49,780 nucleotides of DNA from an uncultured bacterium (GTDB lineage: Bacteria; Armatimonadota; HRBIN16). The notes beneath the pieces are model-generated. The model had not been told where the DNA came from, did not search any database, and saw only the letters and a list, made by a program, of their open reading frames with translations. Positions 49,446-49,780 of this stretch are shown piece after piece; position 1 is the first letter of the stretch; each line of letters starts with the position of its first letter. The stretch covers positions 1 to 49,780 of the forward strand of contig CAKZNX010000162.1 of NCBI GenBank assembly GCA_937132045.1. Reading direction: 5' to 3'. The translations under genes and the position numbers were made by a program.

Positions 49446-49780
49446 ATGACACGTCCGCCACGTTCTGGTGTCCGTCGTTTGATTAACCGCATCACTGCGC
49501 TTTGCGTGATGCTGGCTGTGGCTTCGCTTGGCGTGCTGCTGCCTGCGTGTCGGCGCAGTCCCAGCGAATCGGGCGTGGTTCACCTGCGTGCGTGGACGAT
49601 GTGGGGTGGCGACGAGTCGGAGGCGTTTCAGGTGGTCGTGGACGAGTTCAACCGCACGCATCCGCATATCAAGGTGCACAACCTCGCAGCAGTGGAGGAC
49701 ACCAAGATTATACGTGCCATCGTCGCCAACGACCCCCCGGAGATATTCACCCTGCGCGACCCGGGCTATCTGGGTTCACT
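49446..49780 (+). CDS. ABC transporter extracellular solute-binding protein (family 1), 5' part only
   Basis: Not in the track (no stop in the window). My reading from ATG 49446: MTRPPRSGVRRLINRITALCVMLAVASLGVLLPACRRSPSESGVVHLRAWTMWGGDESEAFQVVVDEFNRTHPHIKV... It has a lipobox-like LLPAC and the typical SBP N-terminus. Confidence 0.7.
   Translation, partial: MTRPPRSGVRRLINRITALCVMLAVASLGVLLPACRRSPSESGVVHLRAWTMWGGDESEAFQVVVDEFNRTHPHIKVHNLAAVEDTKIIRAIVANDPPEIFTLRDPGYLGS

Noticed and set aside
1-49780. A search for defence islands, toxin-antitoxin pairs, prophage or other mobile-element genes, and tRNA/rRNA genes.
   Set aside because: No nuclease/helicase/methylase-type defence signatures, small TA-like gene pairs, integrases, transposases or capsid/terminase-like ORFs were recognised. 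The intergenic regions are too short and lack cloverleaf-compatible sequence.

Overview
GC-rich (roughly 60% by eye, not computed), densely coding bacterial chromosomal segment. I call about 40 protein genes on both strands, with strong Shine-Dalgarno sites and several near-consensus sigma70 promoters. I saw no rRNA, tRNA, CRISPR array, transposase, integrase or phage genes. The gene content includes a DUF1559/H-X9-DG prepilin-like protein, many glycoside hydrolases and lyases, SLH-like modules, an exosortase locus, a split transketolase, a tricorn protease and a bacterial Trm1. This suggests a diderm lineage such as Armatimonadota or a neighbour, but that is inference only. Gene map: partial Gfo/Idh/MocA oxidoreductase (1-923, absent from the ORF track); a four-gene secreted-protein operon (1054-5438, minus strand); GH10; a pilin-like protein; a HAD phosphatase plus a 959-aa GH42-like protein with a polybasic disordered head; split transketolase; an S8 protease; an EPS/exosortase locus (15825-22656: Wza-like, Wzc-like, priming transferase, UbiA-type phosphoribosyltransferase, GtrA, exosortase, EpsI); tricorn protease; a Fur-family regulator; HemW-Trm1; a second S8 protease; a LolA-like protein; GT4; FolE2; an orphan HExxH protein; two membrane proteins; a glycan-degradation block (GH5-like, heparinase II/III-like, 652-aa polytopic membrane protein); a 2-hydroxyacid dehydrogenase; a Gfo/Idh/MocA-GNAT fusion; an M42 peptidase; a partial ABC solute-binding protein (49446-49780, also absent from the track). 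The best candidate for an undescribed system is the 1054-5438 operon. It encodes two CsgG-family/SLH-like paralogs plus FlgT_N-like and LPP20-like proteins, two of which share an uncharacterised C-terminal module, and it has no flagellar or curli context. Also notable are a two-copy structured ~165-nt intergenic repeat, the polybasic-IDR GH42-like protein and the oxidoreductase-GNAT fusion. All functional calls rest on motif-level recognition by eye; no database search was run.
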